64,000 bases of DNA from an uncultured Enterobacterales bacterium (GCA_964519895.1 CAZFLE010000015.1:2073-66072); one strand, 5' to 3'; numbered from the stretch's first letter, positions 18,515 through 26,545 are shown. Numbers and translations: made by a program. Notes: a model not told the origin generated them from the letters alone.

Positions 18515-18625
18515 TCCTTCTACCGCGCCAGGTCTCCAGCGAGCAAGGGGAAATGTACGGCTCGGTTCAATCCTGCTCGGCTGGCGCGACGGTCGCGTCT
18601 GGTTGCAGCCCGTTGCGCGGACCGA

Positions 18626-19489
18626 TCAGGGCCCGGCCCGTTGGGGCTCCGGCATCCGCGCGAGCGCAGCCAGCCCGAGAGACGCCAGGGTCACACACGA
18701 CAGGGCAGTCAGCCAGGCGTTCCCCAGGACCCAGGCGGCCAACGTCGCCCCGGTCTCGCGCCAGACGATGTAGCCAGCCATGACCAGAACGAAGACGCCG
18801 AACCCGCGGCGAAGCGCCCCCTCGGGGACCCTGGACGCGAGCTTCGCACCAGCAAGCGCACCGACGACGGCGCCGGCGGTGACTGCGGCGGCAAGCTCGA
18901 AGTCGACCGACACATCAGCCGCGTGACCTGCAAACGCCGCGAACGACTTCAGCGCGATCACGAGCAGCGAGGTGCCGATCGCCCTGTGCATGTCCATTCC
19001 GCCAAGGAGAACCAGTGCCGGGACCACCAGGAAGCCGCCACCGGCACCGACCAGCCCGGTGGCGGCTCCCACGATGAGACCCTCGACGATAACCAGCGTC
19101 ACCGGCAGCGACCCGCCCTCCGACCGCCGCGCCGGCGTGCCGCGCCCGCGGAACATCCCGACAGCGGTCGCCACCATCATGGCGGCGAAGAGCAAGAGCA
19201 GCGTGGACCCGCTGAACCAGCCCGCCGCCCGGCCGCCGAGGTAGGCGCCAGCCATCGCCGTGGCGCCGAACAGCAACCCCGTGCGCCACGCGACGTTGCC
19301 CGAGCGTGCATGGGGCACGAGCGCGAAGGCTGAGGTCGTCCCAACGATCAGGAGGGACGTGGCGATGGCCTCGCGGGGCTCCAAGCCCACGGCGTAGGTC
19401 AGGATGGGGACCGCCAGGATCGACCCGCCACCGCCGAGGAGCCCGAGGGCGAGGCCGATGAGAACGGAGAGTGCAACAGCGAGCGCCAC
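18626..19489 (-). CDS. TauE/SafE (TSUP, DUF81) sulfite exporter family permease, copy 1
   Basis: 287 aa, polytopic, with repeated GGGGS/GAGGGF motifs. The GTG start is preceded by GGGAGG. Confidence 0.85.
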   Translation of the reverse strand: MALAVALSVLIGLALGLLGGGGSILAVPILTYAVGLEPREAIATSLLIVGTTSAFALVPHARSGNVAWRTGLLFGATAMAGAYLGGRAAGWFSGSTLLLLFAAMMVATAVGMFRGRGTPARRSEGGSLPVTLVIVEGLIVGAATGLVGAGGGFLVVPALVLLGGMDMHRAIGTSLLVIALKSFAAFAGHAADVSVDFELAAAVTAGAVVGALAGAKLASRVPEGALRRGFGVFVLVMAGYIVWRETGATLAAWVLGNAWLTALSCVTLASLGLAALARMPEPQRAGP

Positions 19490-19491
19490 GG

Positions 19492-19950
19492 CTACCTCCC
19501 CGCTTCAGCGGCGGCGGTGCGAGCGACGCGAGTCGCGGCGAAGCCGTCCAGGAAGTGAACCAGCAACATCCCACCGAGCATGGCTGCGACAAACGTGATC
19601 GCCTTGGGTCCGCCCGGCAGCGCTGAGACCACCGCAGGGCCGGGACAGTAGCCAGCCAGGCCCCACCCCACTCCGAAGAGGGCGGCGCCACCAACCAGCC
19701 GGCCATCGATGTCCCGCCTCGTCGGCCGGCTGAAGGACGTCGAGCACAGCGGCGCTGTTCGATGGTCGATGACCCGACGCAGAGGGGTGTGCACGAGGAG
19801 TGCCCCGACCATCACGACGCCGAGGCTGGGGTCCCACGGGCCAAGCAGGTCCAGGAAACCGACGACCACGTCCGGACGGGTCATCCCCGACACGACGAGG
19901 CCGGCGCCGAAGACCAGCCCGGAGAGAGCCGCTGTGATGAGACCCTTCAC
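19492..19950 (-). CDS. YeeE/YedE (sulfur transport, DUF395) half-protein B, copy 1
   Basis: Its GTG start overlaps the upstream stop (GTGA). It carries the [11 protein letters not shown] motif. Confidence 0.75.
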   Translation of the reverse strand: MKGLITAALSGLVFGAGLVVSGMTRPDVVVGFLDLLGPWDPSLGVVMVGALLVHTPLRRVIDHRTAPLCSTSFSRPTRRDIDGRLVGGAALFGVGWGLAGYCPGPAVVSALPGGPKAITFVAAMLGGMLLVHFLDGFAATRVARTAAAEAGR

Positions 19951-20378
19951 AGCGCACCTCCGAGCACATGGTTGACCGCGAAGGCACTGGCGGCGCCGGT
20001 GCCCATGAACGTCAGGACGCTGGTGAGCGACCGGGGTGACATCCGAGCCAAGCCACACACGCCGTGCCCGCTCGTGCAGCCGTTTCCGAGCCGGGTGCCA
20101 GCCCCGACGAGCAGCCCCGCGACAATGAGAGCGCCGGTGGACCGGGAGAGCGGATTCACGAATGCGTCCGGGACGACCGGGACGAGCAACAGCCCCGCGA
20201 GCACCAACCCGACAACGAAGGCCGCGCGCCAGTGGCGCTCTTGGGTCCGACGCTGAAGCAGCCCGCCGACGATGCCGCTGATCCCGGCGATGCGACCGTT
20301 GAACAGGAGGTACGAGGATGCCGCCAGCCCGATGAGCATCCCGCCGACGAGGGGAGGGAGGAGTGACTGCAGGGTCAT
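19947..20378 (-). CDS. YeeE/YedE (sulfur transport, DUF395) half-protein A, copy 1
   Basis: Its ATG at 20378 overlaps the pdo stop (ATGA). It carries the [12 protein letters not shown] motif. Confidence 0.75.
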   Translation of the reverse strand: MTLQSLLPPLVGGMLIGLAASSYLLFNGRIAGISGIVGGLLQRRTQERHWRAAFVVGLVLAGLLLVPVVPDAFVNPLSRSTGALIVAGLLVGAGTRLGNGCTSGHGVCGLARMSPRSLTSVLTFMGTGAASAFAVNHVLGGAL

Positions 20379-21433
20379 CGTGCTTCTCCTTCGACGGAGG
20401 CCCGGACGACAGGCAGGCCCCGATCGGTCCAGGCCTGCATCCCGCCTGAGACGGAAGCGATCTGGGAGAAGCCACTCGTGCGAAGCCTCTGAGCCGCCTC
20501 GGCCGACCGCCGGCCCGAGTGGCAGATCAACGCGATCCGGTCGTCGGTCGACCACTCGCTCGCGGCGTCAGCGAGCTTGCCGAGGGGGACGCGCTGGGCG
20601 TCAGGCGCGCACCCGAGCGGCCCACAGCACTCCGCGGGCTCGCGGATGTCGATCAGCCGGACGCGGGCCGCGTTCGCGGCGATCCACACGGGGTCGACCT
20701 CCGGGATGCCGGCACCAGTGAGGACGATGGGAAGGCCCGTCGCAGTCGCCCCACACGCCCGGTTGGCCGGCAGGGCGACGTCGATGCGCTTGGGGTACGG
20801 AAGGCCCAGGCCATTCATCAGCGCGATGAAGTCGCCCTCGGAGCGACCATGTCCGAGCCTGGCGTTGTGCCGCTTCTCGTCGCCGACGGTGCTGACGGTG
20901 CGGCCCTTGTAGTCGTGGCCGGGGTAGACGCGGGTGGCGTCCGGCAGCGTGAAGATCTGCTCGTGGACGCGGCGGTAGAGCGTCCTCGCGTCGCCCTCCT
21001 GGAAGTCGGTCCGGCCGCACCCGCCGATCAGCAAGGCATCGCCGGTGAACACCATCGTCTCGTCGAGCGTGACGAAGCTCACGCAGCCCGCGGTGTGGCC
21101 CGGCGTGGCCCGCACCTGCAGGCCGTAGCCGCCGAAGCGGACCACCTCGCCGTGGCCGACGGCCTGGTCGGAGCAGCTGACCCCGGCGGCCTCGCTAACC
21201 ACGGCGAGGCAGCCCAGCCGGTCCCGTAAGGCCGAGGCGCCGGTCACGTGGTCGGCGTGGACGTGGGTGTCGAGAGTGCACACCAGTCGGACCCCAAGGC
21301 TGTCGACGAGCGCAGCGTCCCGGTCGACCTGTTCCAGCACGGGATCGATGATGACTGCCTCACGGCTCTCGGGGTCGGCGAGGAGGTAGGTGAAGGTGGA
21401 CGTGTCCGGGTCGAACAACTGTCGGAAGATCAT
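20375..21433 (-). CDS. Persulfide dioxygenase (MBL fold, ETHE1-like) fused to a rhodanese domain, copy 1
   Basis: The start was trimmed to MIFRQLF to match copy 2. It has the THVHADHV metal motif and a C-terminal rhodanese domain with the active-site loop CHSGRRS. Confidence 0.85.
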   Translation of the reverse strand: MIFRQLFDPDTSTFTYLLADPESREAVIIDPVLEQVDRDAALVDSLGVRLVCTLDTHVHADHVTGASALRDRLGCLAVVSEAAGVSCSDQAVGHGEVVRFGGYGLQVRATPGHTAGCVSFVTLDETMVFTGDALLIGGCGRTDFQEGDARTLYRRVHEQIFTLPDATRVYPGHDYKGRTVSTVGDEKRHNARLGHGRSEGDFIALMNGLGLPYPKRIDVALPANRACGATATGLPIVLTGAGIPEVDPVWIAANAARVRLIDIREPAECCGPLGCAPDAQRVPLGKLADAASEWSTDDRIALICHSGRRSAEAAQRLRTSGFSQIASVSGGMQAWTDRGLPVVRASVEGEAR

Positions 21434-21468
21434 GGCAGAGCCCTCGGAGTGAGACAGCTTGGACAAGA

Positions 21469-21483
21469 GCAACGGGCGTGCCA
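21469..21483 (-). promoter_or_regulatory. Sigma-54 promoter (-24/-12) of sulfur module 1
   Basis: The minus strand reads TGGCACgcccgTTGC, an exact match to the TGGCAC-N5-TTGC consensus. It lies about 35 nt upstream of the pdo ATG. Confidence 0.75.
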
Positions 21484-21554
21484 ACCCCCCGCGGCACGTA
21501 TTTCCGCAGACTTAGGTGGTTGCCTCCAGGCCTCGTATTTCATAGTGTCTCGAC

Positions 21555-22505
21555 ATGACGAAACAACATCGTCCAAAGACTCGGACGTTCCACGGCATGG
21601 TGACCGCCTCGCGGCAGATGGAGCGGCTGTTCGAGCTGGTAGGACGCGTCGCCGAGTCTGGCTCCTCCGTGCTGATCCGGGGGGAGACCGGCACGGGCAA
21701 AGAGCTGGTGGCGCGCGCCATCCACTCCTTGAGCCCTCGGCGGGACGCGACGTTCCGAGCAGTGAACTGCGCAACGCTCACGCCCGAGCTGCTTGCGTCG
21801 GAGCTGTTCGGGCACCGCCGGGGCGCCTTCACCGGAGCTGTACAGGACCGGCCCGGTCTCTTCGCTCTGGCCAATGGCGGCACGCTGTTCTTGGACGAGA
21901 TCGCCGAGATCCCGCTGGACATCCAGGGGCGCCTCCTCCGGGTCCTTCAGGAGCGCTCCTTCGTGCCTGTCGGCGGGACCGATCCAGTCCAGGTCGACGT
22001 GCGCGTCCTCGCGGCCACGCACCGTGCGCTGAGACGCGAGGTCGAGGCCGGGCGCTTCCGGGCCGACCTGATGTACCGGATCCGCGTCGTGCCGCTCTTC
22101 CTCCCGCGTCTGGTCGAGCGCTCCGGCGACATCGAAGCGCTGGCGTGGCACTTCATCGACGAGTTCAACGTCCGCGGGTTCCGCCAGGTCGAGCGCCTCG
22201 CCGCCGAGACCCTCGACCTGATGCACGCTCACGCCTGGCCGGGCAACGTCCGCGAGCTGCGCAACGTCATCGAGCACGCCTTCGTGATGGGAACCGGACC
22301 CGACCTGTTGCCGGGTGACCTGACGCCCGAGCTTCGCGGAGAGCCCCCGCCTGGAGACCCCGCCGACCGGACGGAAGAGAGCGCCGAGCGGGACCGCATC
22401 CTCACCGCGCTGAACCGCGCCCGAGGCCACAAGGGCAAGGCCGCCGAGTACCTCGGGTGGAGCCGGTCGACCCTGTGGCGAAAGATGCGCGAGCAACGAC
22501 TGTAG
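21555..22505 (+). CDS. Sigma-54-dependent transcriptional activator lacking an N-terminal sensory domain, copy 1
   Basis: 316 aa. The AAA+ core starts about 12 aa from the N-terminus ([27 protein letters not shown]). It has a C-terminal Fis-type HTH ([21 protein letters not shown]). Confidence 0.9.
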   Translation: MTKQHRPKTRTFHGMVTASRQMERLFELVGRVAESGSSVLIRGETGTGKELVARAIHSLSPRRDATFRAVNCATLTPELLASELFGHRRGAFTGAVQDRPGLFALANGGTLFLDEIAEIPLDIQGRLLRVLQERSFVPVGGTDPVQVDVRVLAATHRALRREVEAGRFRADLMYRIRVVPLFLPRLVERSGDIEALAWHFIDEFNVRGFRQVERLAAETLDLMHAHAWPGNVRELRNVIEHAFVMGTGPDLLPGDLTPELRGEPPPGDPADRTEESAERDRILTALNRARGHKGKAAEYLGWSRSTLWRKMREQRL

Positions 22506-22520
22506 GGCGGCGCTGGACGC

Positions 22521-22961
22521 TCACCAGACCGACAGCAGGTCGTCGAGGGCGCGCTGCTCCGCCGCGTCCCGTGTCCAGGTCTCCAGGCCCGTCAAGACCG
22601 GCCCGTCACGCTTCGGCAGGCCGGCCCGGTCGAGGATGGCGCAGGCAGCGCGGATGCGGGCGCCGGTCTGGACCGAGCTGTCGGCGACGACGCCACGGAG
22701 GAATCGCATCGACTCCAAGGCAGCCGCGCCCACCTCCTCGCGGACCGCCGCCAGGCGCTCGGCTCGCCGGCGCCTCAGCTCCTCTTGAACCGCCGCGACC
22801 TGGAGCCAACGCCAACAGGTGGCTCGATGGACACCCAGCTCCGCCGCCACCTCGGGCACCGTCTTCCCGGCGAGGAGGTGGTCTACAAACAGGTCGTGGC
22901 GGGGCTCAAGCTGGCCCACTTGCACTCCAGTCTGGCCACTCCCCTGCCTGGTGTAAATCAA
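22521..22961 (-). CDS. Hypothetical HTH DNA-binding protein (phage/element-type)
   Basis: LLAGKTVPEVAAELGVHRATCWRWL is a clear HTH. The start codon is uncertain (TTG at 22961 or an internal GTG). Confidence 0.45.
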   Translation of the reverse strand: MIYTRQGSGQTGVQVGQLEPRHDLFVDHLLAGKTVPEVAAELGVHRATCWRWLQVAAVQEELRRRRAERLAAVREEVGAAALESMRFLRGVVADSSVQTGARIRAACAILDRAGLPKRDGPVLTGLETWTRDAAEQRALDDLLSVW

Positions 22962-23080
22962 GCAGTGCAGTCCTCCCAGGCGGGCACAATGGCCTCATGA
23001 GGCCCTCCCAGAGCCCCGTATCTGCTGCTCAACGATGGAAAGCCGCAAGTTCTCGACCTCCGAGAGCCACCCCCACACCC

Positions 23081-23150
23081 GGTTCCAACTCGGAGTGATT
23101 TGGCCCACCATCGATTGGCCCCGTCAAAGCCTACCTTTGACGGGGTCTTT
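23081..23150 (+). repeat. Degenerate tRNA 3'-tail-like remnant R1 plus terminator-like hairpin
   Basis: The tail ggttccaactcggagtgatttggcccaccatcga is followed by the hairpin ccccgtcaaag..ctttgacgggg and a T-rich run. The unit is paralogous to the one at 23976-24039. Confidence 0.5.
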
Positions 23151-23187
23151 CGTTCTTCCGCTCCACGTGCCCTACCGGACGCCCGAA

Positions 23188-23598
23188 CTACTCCGGTAGC
23201 ACGCGGAGAGCCGGGCAGTGTCTGGGCGCGACCGTCCGCATGTGTCGGTGGTCCAGACTGATGACCACGTCCGTGCCAAGACGCTCAGCGAGGGCAATGA
23301 CTGATGCGTCCGTGCCTCCGAGCGGGAAGGACGCGTACTGCTCCACCAACTCGGCCATCCTCGAGAGATCCTCGGGCCTCGGCCCCTCGACGTCAAAGTC
23401 CGACAGTCCCCGCAAGAACTCCGCTTCCACCCTCGCTCCCATTCGCGAACCGATGAGGTAGGTCGCCTCGGCGACGACCATCGCCGGGATGAGCAATCGC
23501 AGTCCGGGCGTCCGGAGCGCAGCGACGCAGGCTTCGTGATCCGCGTCGTCGGCGTCGACCGCCGCATACAGCGGACCCGTGTCAACGATCGCCAGCAC
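23188..23598 (-). CDS. vapC: PIN-domain toxin VapC (module 1)
   Basis: LAIVDTGPLYAAVDADD at the N-terminus, GGTDASVIALAE, and the C-terminal SLDHRH match the PIN acidic residues. The GTG start was chosen 17 nt inside the antitoxin gene. Confidence 0.75.
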   Translation of the reverse strand: MLAIVDTGPLYAAVDADDADHEACVAALRTPGLRLLIPAMVVAEATYLIGSRMGARVEAEFLRGLSDFDVEGPRPEDLSRMAELVEQYASFPLGGTDASVIALAERLGTDVVISLDHRHMRTVAPRHCPALRVLPE

Positions 23599-23824
23599 CG
23601 GTCCACTCCCGCGCGAGGATCTCTTCGGCTTTCCGGGCGGTGTGGCGCTGCCCGCTGCGCCCGATTCCGGCGAAGGGGAGGGCGCGAGGTTCCTCGTCGT
23701 CGAGACCGAGGGCGGCGGACAGAGCCCGGCGAACGACATCGGAGACCGACGTACCTGCGCGCTCCGCCCGACGCGCGAGGACGACGGCCATCTCTTCCGG
23801 CAGCGAAATGGTGATGCGATGCAT
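23582..23824 (-). CDS. Ribbon-helix-helix (CopG-like) antitoxin
   Basis: 80 aa. MHRITISLPEEMAVVLARRAERAGTSVSDVVRRAL is a canonical RHH. An AT-rich direct repeat (agtatgaagtatg, read on the minus strand at about 23821-23833) spans the start codon and the first few upstream bases. Confidence 0.75.
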   Translation of the reverse strand: MHRITISLPEEMAVVLARRAERAGTSVSDVVRRALSAALGLDDEEPRALPFAGIGRSGQRHTARKAEEILAREWTGAGDR

Positions 23825-23900
23825 ACTTCATACTACATCATCATCTGAGGGCGGGCAAGTCGCGTCAATCGTCCGATCAGGTCGCCGTCCCAACCCTCCC

Positions 23901-23921
23901 GGTCCAGGTTCGCCCACCATC
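23901..23921 (+). repeat. tRNA 3'-tail-like remnant R2
   Basis: ggtccaggttcgcccaccatc shares ccaggttcgcccaccatc with R3 and is followed by the imperfect hairpin ccctgcc..ggcgggg. Confidence 0.5.
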
Positions 23922-23975
23922 AAACCCTGCCGACGAGGCGGGGTTTCTTGCTCTGGCCACTGCCGGACGCCGGCC

Positions 23976-24003
23976 GGTTCAATCCAGGTTCGCCCACCAT
24001 CGA
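23976..24003 (+). repeat. tRNA-Val 3'-tail copy R3 (candidate attR / displaced original tRNA end)
   Basis: ggttcaatccaggttcgcccacca compares with the tRNA's ggttcaaatccagtatcgcccacca. There is one indel and two substitutions by hand alignment. Confidence 0.6.
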
Positions 24004-24007
24004 CCGA

Positions 24008-24039
24008 GCCCGTCAAAATTCATCTTCGACGGGCTTTTT
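24008..24039 (+). terminator. Rho-independent terminator following remnant R3
   Basis: The stem gcccgtc/gacgggc has a 13-nt loop and is followed by ttttt. Confidence 0.65.
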
Positions 24040-24131
24040 CGCGTCCTTGTCTGGCGCGACCATGCTGGACGTTCGAACTCTGGCCCGCCTGGCACTGAGC
24101 ACGGAACTTCACTATCGGTTAAGATTCGTGC

Positions 24132-24680
24132 ATGGGGGCAACCGGACCATCGTGGGACCAACTGTACGAACATGCCGTCGCCCAGGCCGGGTATTTCACC
24201 ACCGCGCAGGCAGCGGAGGCCGGCTACTCGTCGCCACTGCTGCACAAGTACCTCGCCAACGGCAAGGTCATGCGCATCCGTCGCGGCGTGTACCGGCTGG
24301 CACACTTCCCGGCGGGCGACGACGAGGATCTGGTGGTGCTCTGGCTCTGGAGCGACCGCGAAGGCGTGTTCAGCCACGAGACCGCGCTGGTCCGCCACGA
24401 GCTGTCCGATCTGCTGCCGCACGACGCCGAGATGACGGTGCCGCCATCGTGGCGGCGTCGACGGCTGCGGGTCCCCATGGGGCTGCACCTCCACTTCGCG
24501 CCCGTCCCCGCAGGCGAGCGCACCTGGTATGGCGCCGTGCCGATCACGACCGCCGCCCGCACCATTCGGGACTGCCGAGCCGCAGGTGTGTCGCCGGAGT
24601 TCGTTGACCAGGCCATTCGGCAGGGCGTTGGGCGAGGGCTGTTCACGGAGGGCGAGGTTGGCAACGGGGGCAGGTCGTGA
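24132..24680 (+). CDS. AbiEi-family antitoxin / transcriptional regulator (type IV TA)
   Basis: GYFTTAQAAEAGYSSPLLHKYLANGKVMRIRRGVYRL matches the AbiEi N-terminal winged-helix pattern. It overlaps the toxin gene by 4 nt. Confidence 0.8.
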   Translation: MGATGPSWDQLYEHAVAQAGYFTTAQAAEAGYSSPLLHKYLANGKVMRIRRGVYRLAHFPAGDDEDLVVLWLWSDREGVFSHETALVRHELSDLLPHDAEMTVPPSWRRRRLRVPMGLHLHFAPVPAGERTWYGAVPITTAARTIRDCRAAGVSPEFVDQAIRQGVGRGLFTEGEVGNGGRS

Positions 24681-25579
24681 AGCGCTACGCCACGCCGCTC
24701 GCCTTCAAGGAGGCGCTCGAAGCCCGGCTCCGGGCGGCGTCTCGGTCTGGCGGCCAGGAGCAGAACCGGCTGCGGATGCGCCTGCTGATGGACCGTTTCG
24801 CCGCGCGCGTGGTCCATGAGTACGGCGAGCACGTCGTGCTCAAGGGCGGCGTCGTACTCGAGCTCCGCCTGTCAGAGGCCCGTGCGACCAAGGATCTCGA
24901 CCTTCGTCTGGTCGGCGACCCCGATGCCACCCTCACCAGGCTCCAACGCGCCGGCAGAGAGAACCTCGGGGATCACCTGGCGTTCGAGGTCGGGCCCGAC
25001 CCTCGCCACCCCACGATCGAGTCGGAGGGCATGCAATACCAGGGGCTCAGGTTCCGCGTTCAGGCCCGGCTCGCCGCCAAGGTCTACGGTGGCCCCTTCG
25101 GGGTCGACGCCGCCTTTGCGGAGCCTTTGGTGGGCGACCCCGAGCTGCTGCGTGGCTCCGAGTTCCTCGCCTTCGCCGGGGTCGAGCCGCCGACCCTCCT
25201 AGTCTACCCGCTGGAGGCGCACATCGCAGAGAAGCTGCACGCCTACACGCTGCCCCGCTCGCGTCCGAATTCCCGGGTGAAGGACCTGCCCGACCTTGCG
25301 CTGCTCGCCAGGGTCCGGCCCATTGATGCCGTCACGCTGCGGGACGCTCTCGATAGGACCTTCGCGCATCGAGCGGTTCACACGGTCCCCACCGAGGTAC
25401 CCGACCCGCCCGAGGCATGGCGAGTGCCGTACGCACGGTTGGCTCGTCGGGACCGCCTGCCGTGGATCGACCTCGCCGCGGTGGCCGAAACGACCCGAGC
25501 CTTCCTCGACCCCGTACTCTCCGGCGGTGGGGGGCTCTGGAGTCCCAGCGCCTGGCGGTGGGAGGCCGAAGAGCCCTGA
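24677..25579 (+). CDS. AbiEii/AbiGii nucleotidyltransferase toxin (DUF1814)
   Basis: 300 aa with the VLKGGVVLELRL..ATKDLDL nucleotidyltransferase motif and family-typical length. Confidence 0.85.
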   Translation: MKRYATPLAFKEALEARLRAASRSGGQEQNRLRMRLLMDRFAARVVHEYGEHVVLKGGVVLELRLSEARATKDLDLRLVGDPDATLTRLQRAGRENLGDHLAFEVGPDPRHPTIESEGMQYQGLRFRVQARLAAKVYGGPFGVDAAFAEPLVGDPELLRGSEFLAFAGVEPPTLLVYPLEAHIAEKLHAYTLPRSRPNSRVKDLPDLALLARVRPIDAVTLRDALDRTFAHRAVHTVPTEVPDPPEAWRVPYARLARRDRLPWIDLAAVAETTRAFLDPVLSGGGGLWSPSAWRWEAEEP

Positions 25580-25842
25580 GCGGATTCACAGCATGGCGCC
25601 GAGCGCGCGAACGTGGAAGATCCAGGCGCCGTCCCATCCCTCCGCTTCGACCCAGAAAGTTCGAACGTCGTCCAAGACGGCCCACCATCTCAGAGCAGCC
25701 GCTGGAGCCGATCCAGCGGCTGTTGCTGCTTCGCGTCGTGAACCAGTGCTAGCAGCGTCGCTTCGCCCAACTGCAGCCTGCCGCTCGCACAGCTCGTTGA
25801 CGTCGCCTGTGAACACCTCTACGTTGATGGCAGAGAACTACC

Positions 25843-26097
25843 ATGAGTACTACCATCGATTCTGCCGGAAGGTTGGTCATCCCCAAGGCCGTGCGCGACG
25901 CGGCCGGTATACAGCCAGGCACCCCCCTTGATGTGCGCTTCCGGGACGGGCGCATCGAGGTCGAGCCCGTGCCTCTCGACGTCACTATCGAGTCCGTCGG
26001 TGGCGTCGCCGTCGCCACGCCACGGGAGCCCGTCGACACGTTGTCGGCCGCGGCGGTCTCAGCCACCCGCGGCCGCCTGCGCGACGAGCGAGGCTGA
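25843..26097 (+). CDS. vapB: AbrB/SpoVT-fold antitoxin (VapB-like, module 2)
   Basis: SAGRLVIPKAVRDAAGIQPGTPLDV is a canonical SpoVT/AbrB swapped hairpin. Confidence 0.8.
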   Translation: MSTTIDSAGRLVIPKAVRDAAGIQPGTPLDVRFRDGRIEVEPVPLDVTIESVGGVAVATPREPVDTLSAAAVSATRGRLRDERG

Positions 26098-26116
26098 CCT
26101 GACCGCGGGCACCGCC

Positions 26117-26545
26117 TTGGACACCAGCGTCATCATCCCGGCGTTGCTGGCGTGGCACGAACACCATGGTGCAGCACTTCCCGTCGTCACCGAAGCCCTG
26201 GCCCAGGAAGAGCAAGCCATCCTCCCGCTACCCGCGCTGATCGAGGCCTACGCTGTGCTCACTCGTCTCCCAGCGCCATGGCGGCTGCGTGCCTCGGACG
26301 CTCACCGACTGCTGGTAGACACCTTTCGTGGCAGAGTGCGGGTCGTCGGCCTGGATGCAGACGACGCCTGGTCCCTCCTGTCCCAGGTGGTCACCAACGG
26401 CGTGTCGGGCGGCGCGACCTACGATGCCCACATCGCGGCATGTGCCAGGAAGGGCGGTGCCGGGCGCCTCGCCACCTTCAATCGTCGCCACTTCGAGCGC
26501 CTCGATCTCGGTGCTGTCGCCCTGTGGGTGCCGTCGGTCCACTGA
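26117..26545 (+). CDS. vapC: PIN-domain toxin VapC (module 2)
   Basis: LDTSVIIPALL at the N-terminus, GGATYDAHIAACA, and the C-terminal TFNRRHF. The start is ambiguous (TTG at 26117 or CTG at 26099) and lies just after the antitoxin stop. Confidence 0.7.
   Translation: MDTSVIIPALLAWHEHHGAALPVVTEALAQEEQAILPLPALIEAYAVLTRLPAPWRLRASDAHRLLVDTFRGRVRVVGLDADDAWSLLSQVVTNGVSGGATYDAHIAACARKGGAGRLATFNRRHFERLDLGAVALWVPSVH

Larger units (their letters stand above)
15912..24003. mobile_element. Composite integrative island at tRNA-Val (recombinase module, VapBC module, nested tRNA-tail remnants)
   Basis: It begins inside the tRNA 3' half, which is shared with the recombinase ORF. It ends at the best tRNA-tail copy (23976-24003), which is followed by a terminator. 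Internal remnants lie at 23081 and 23901. Confidence 0.6.

Noticed and set aside
25580-25842. Possible gene remnant(s) between AbiEii and the AbrB antitoxin. One example is minus-strand ...WWAVLDDVRTFWVEAEGWDGAWIFHVRALGAML. Another frame reads ...LQLGEATLLALVHDAKQQQPLDRLQRLL.
   Set aside because: The frames are broken, there is no credible start, and I recognise no family. I mention it only as possible decay products and have not annotated it.
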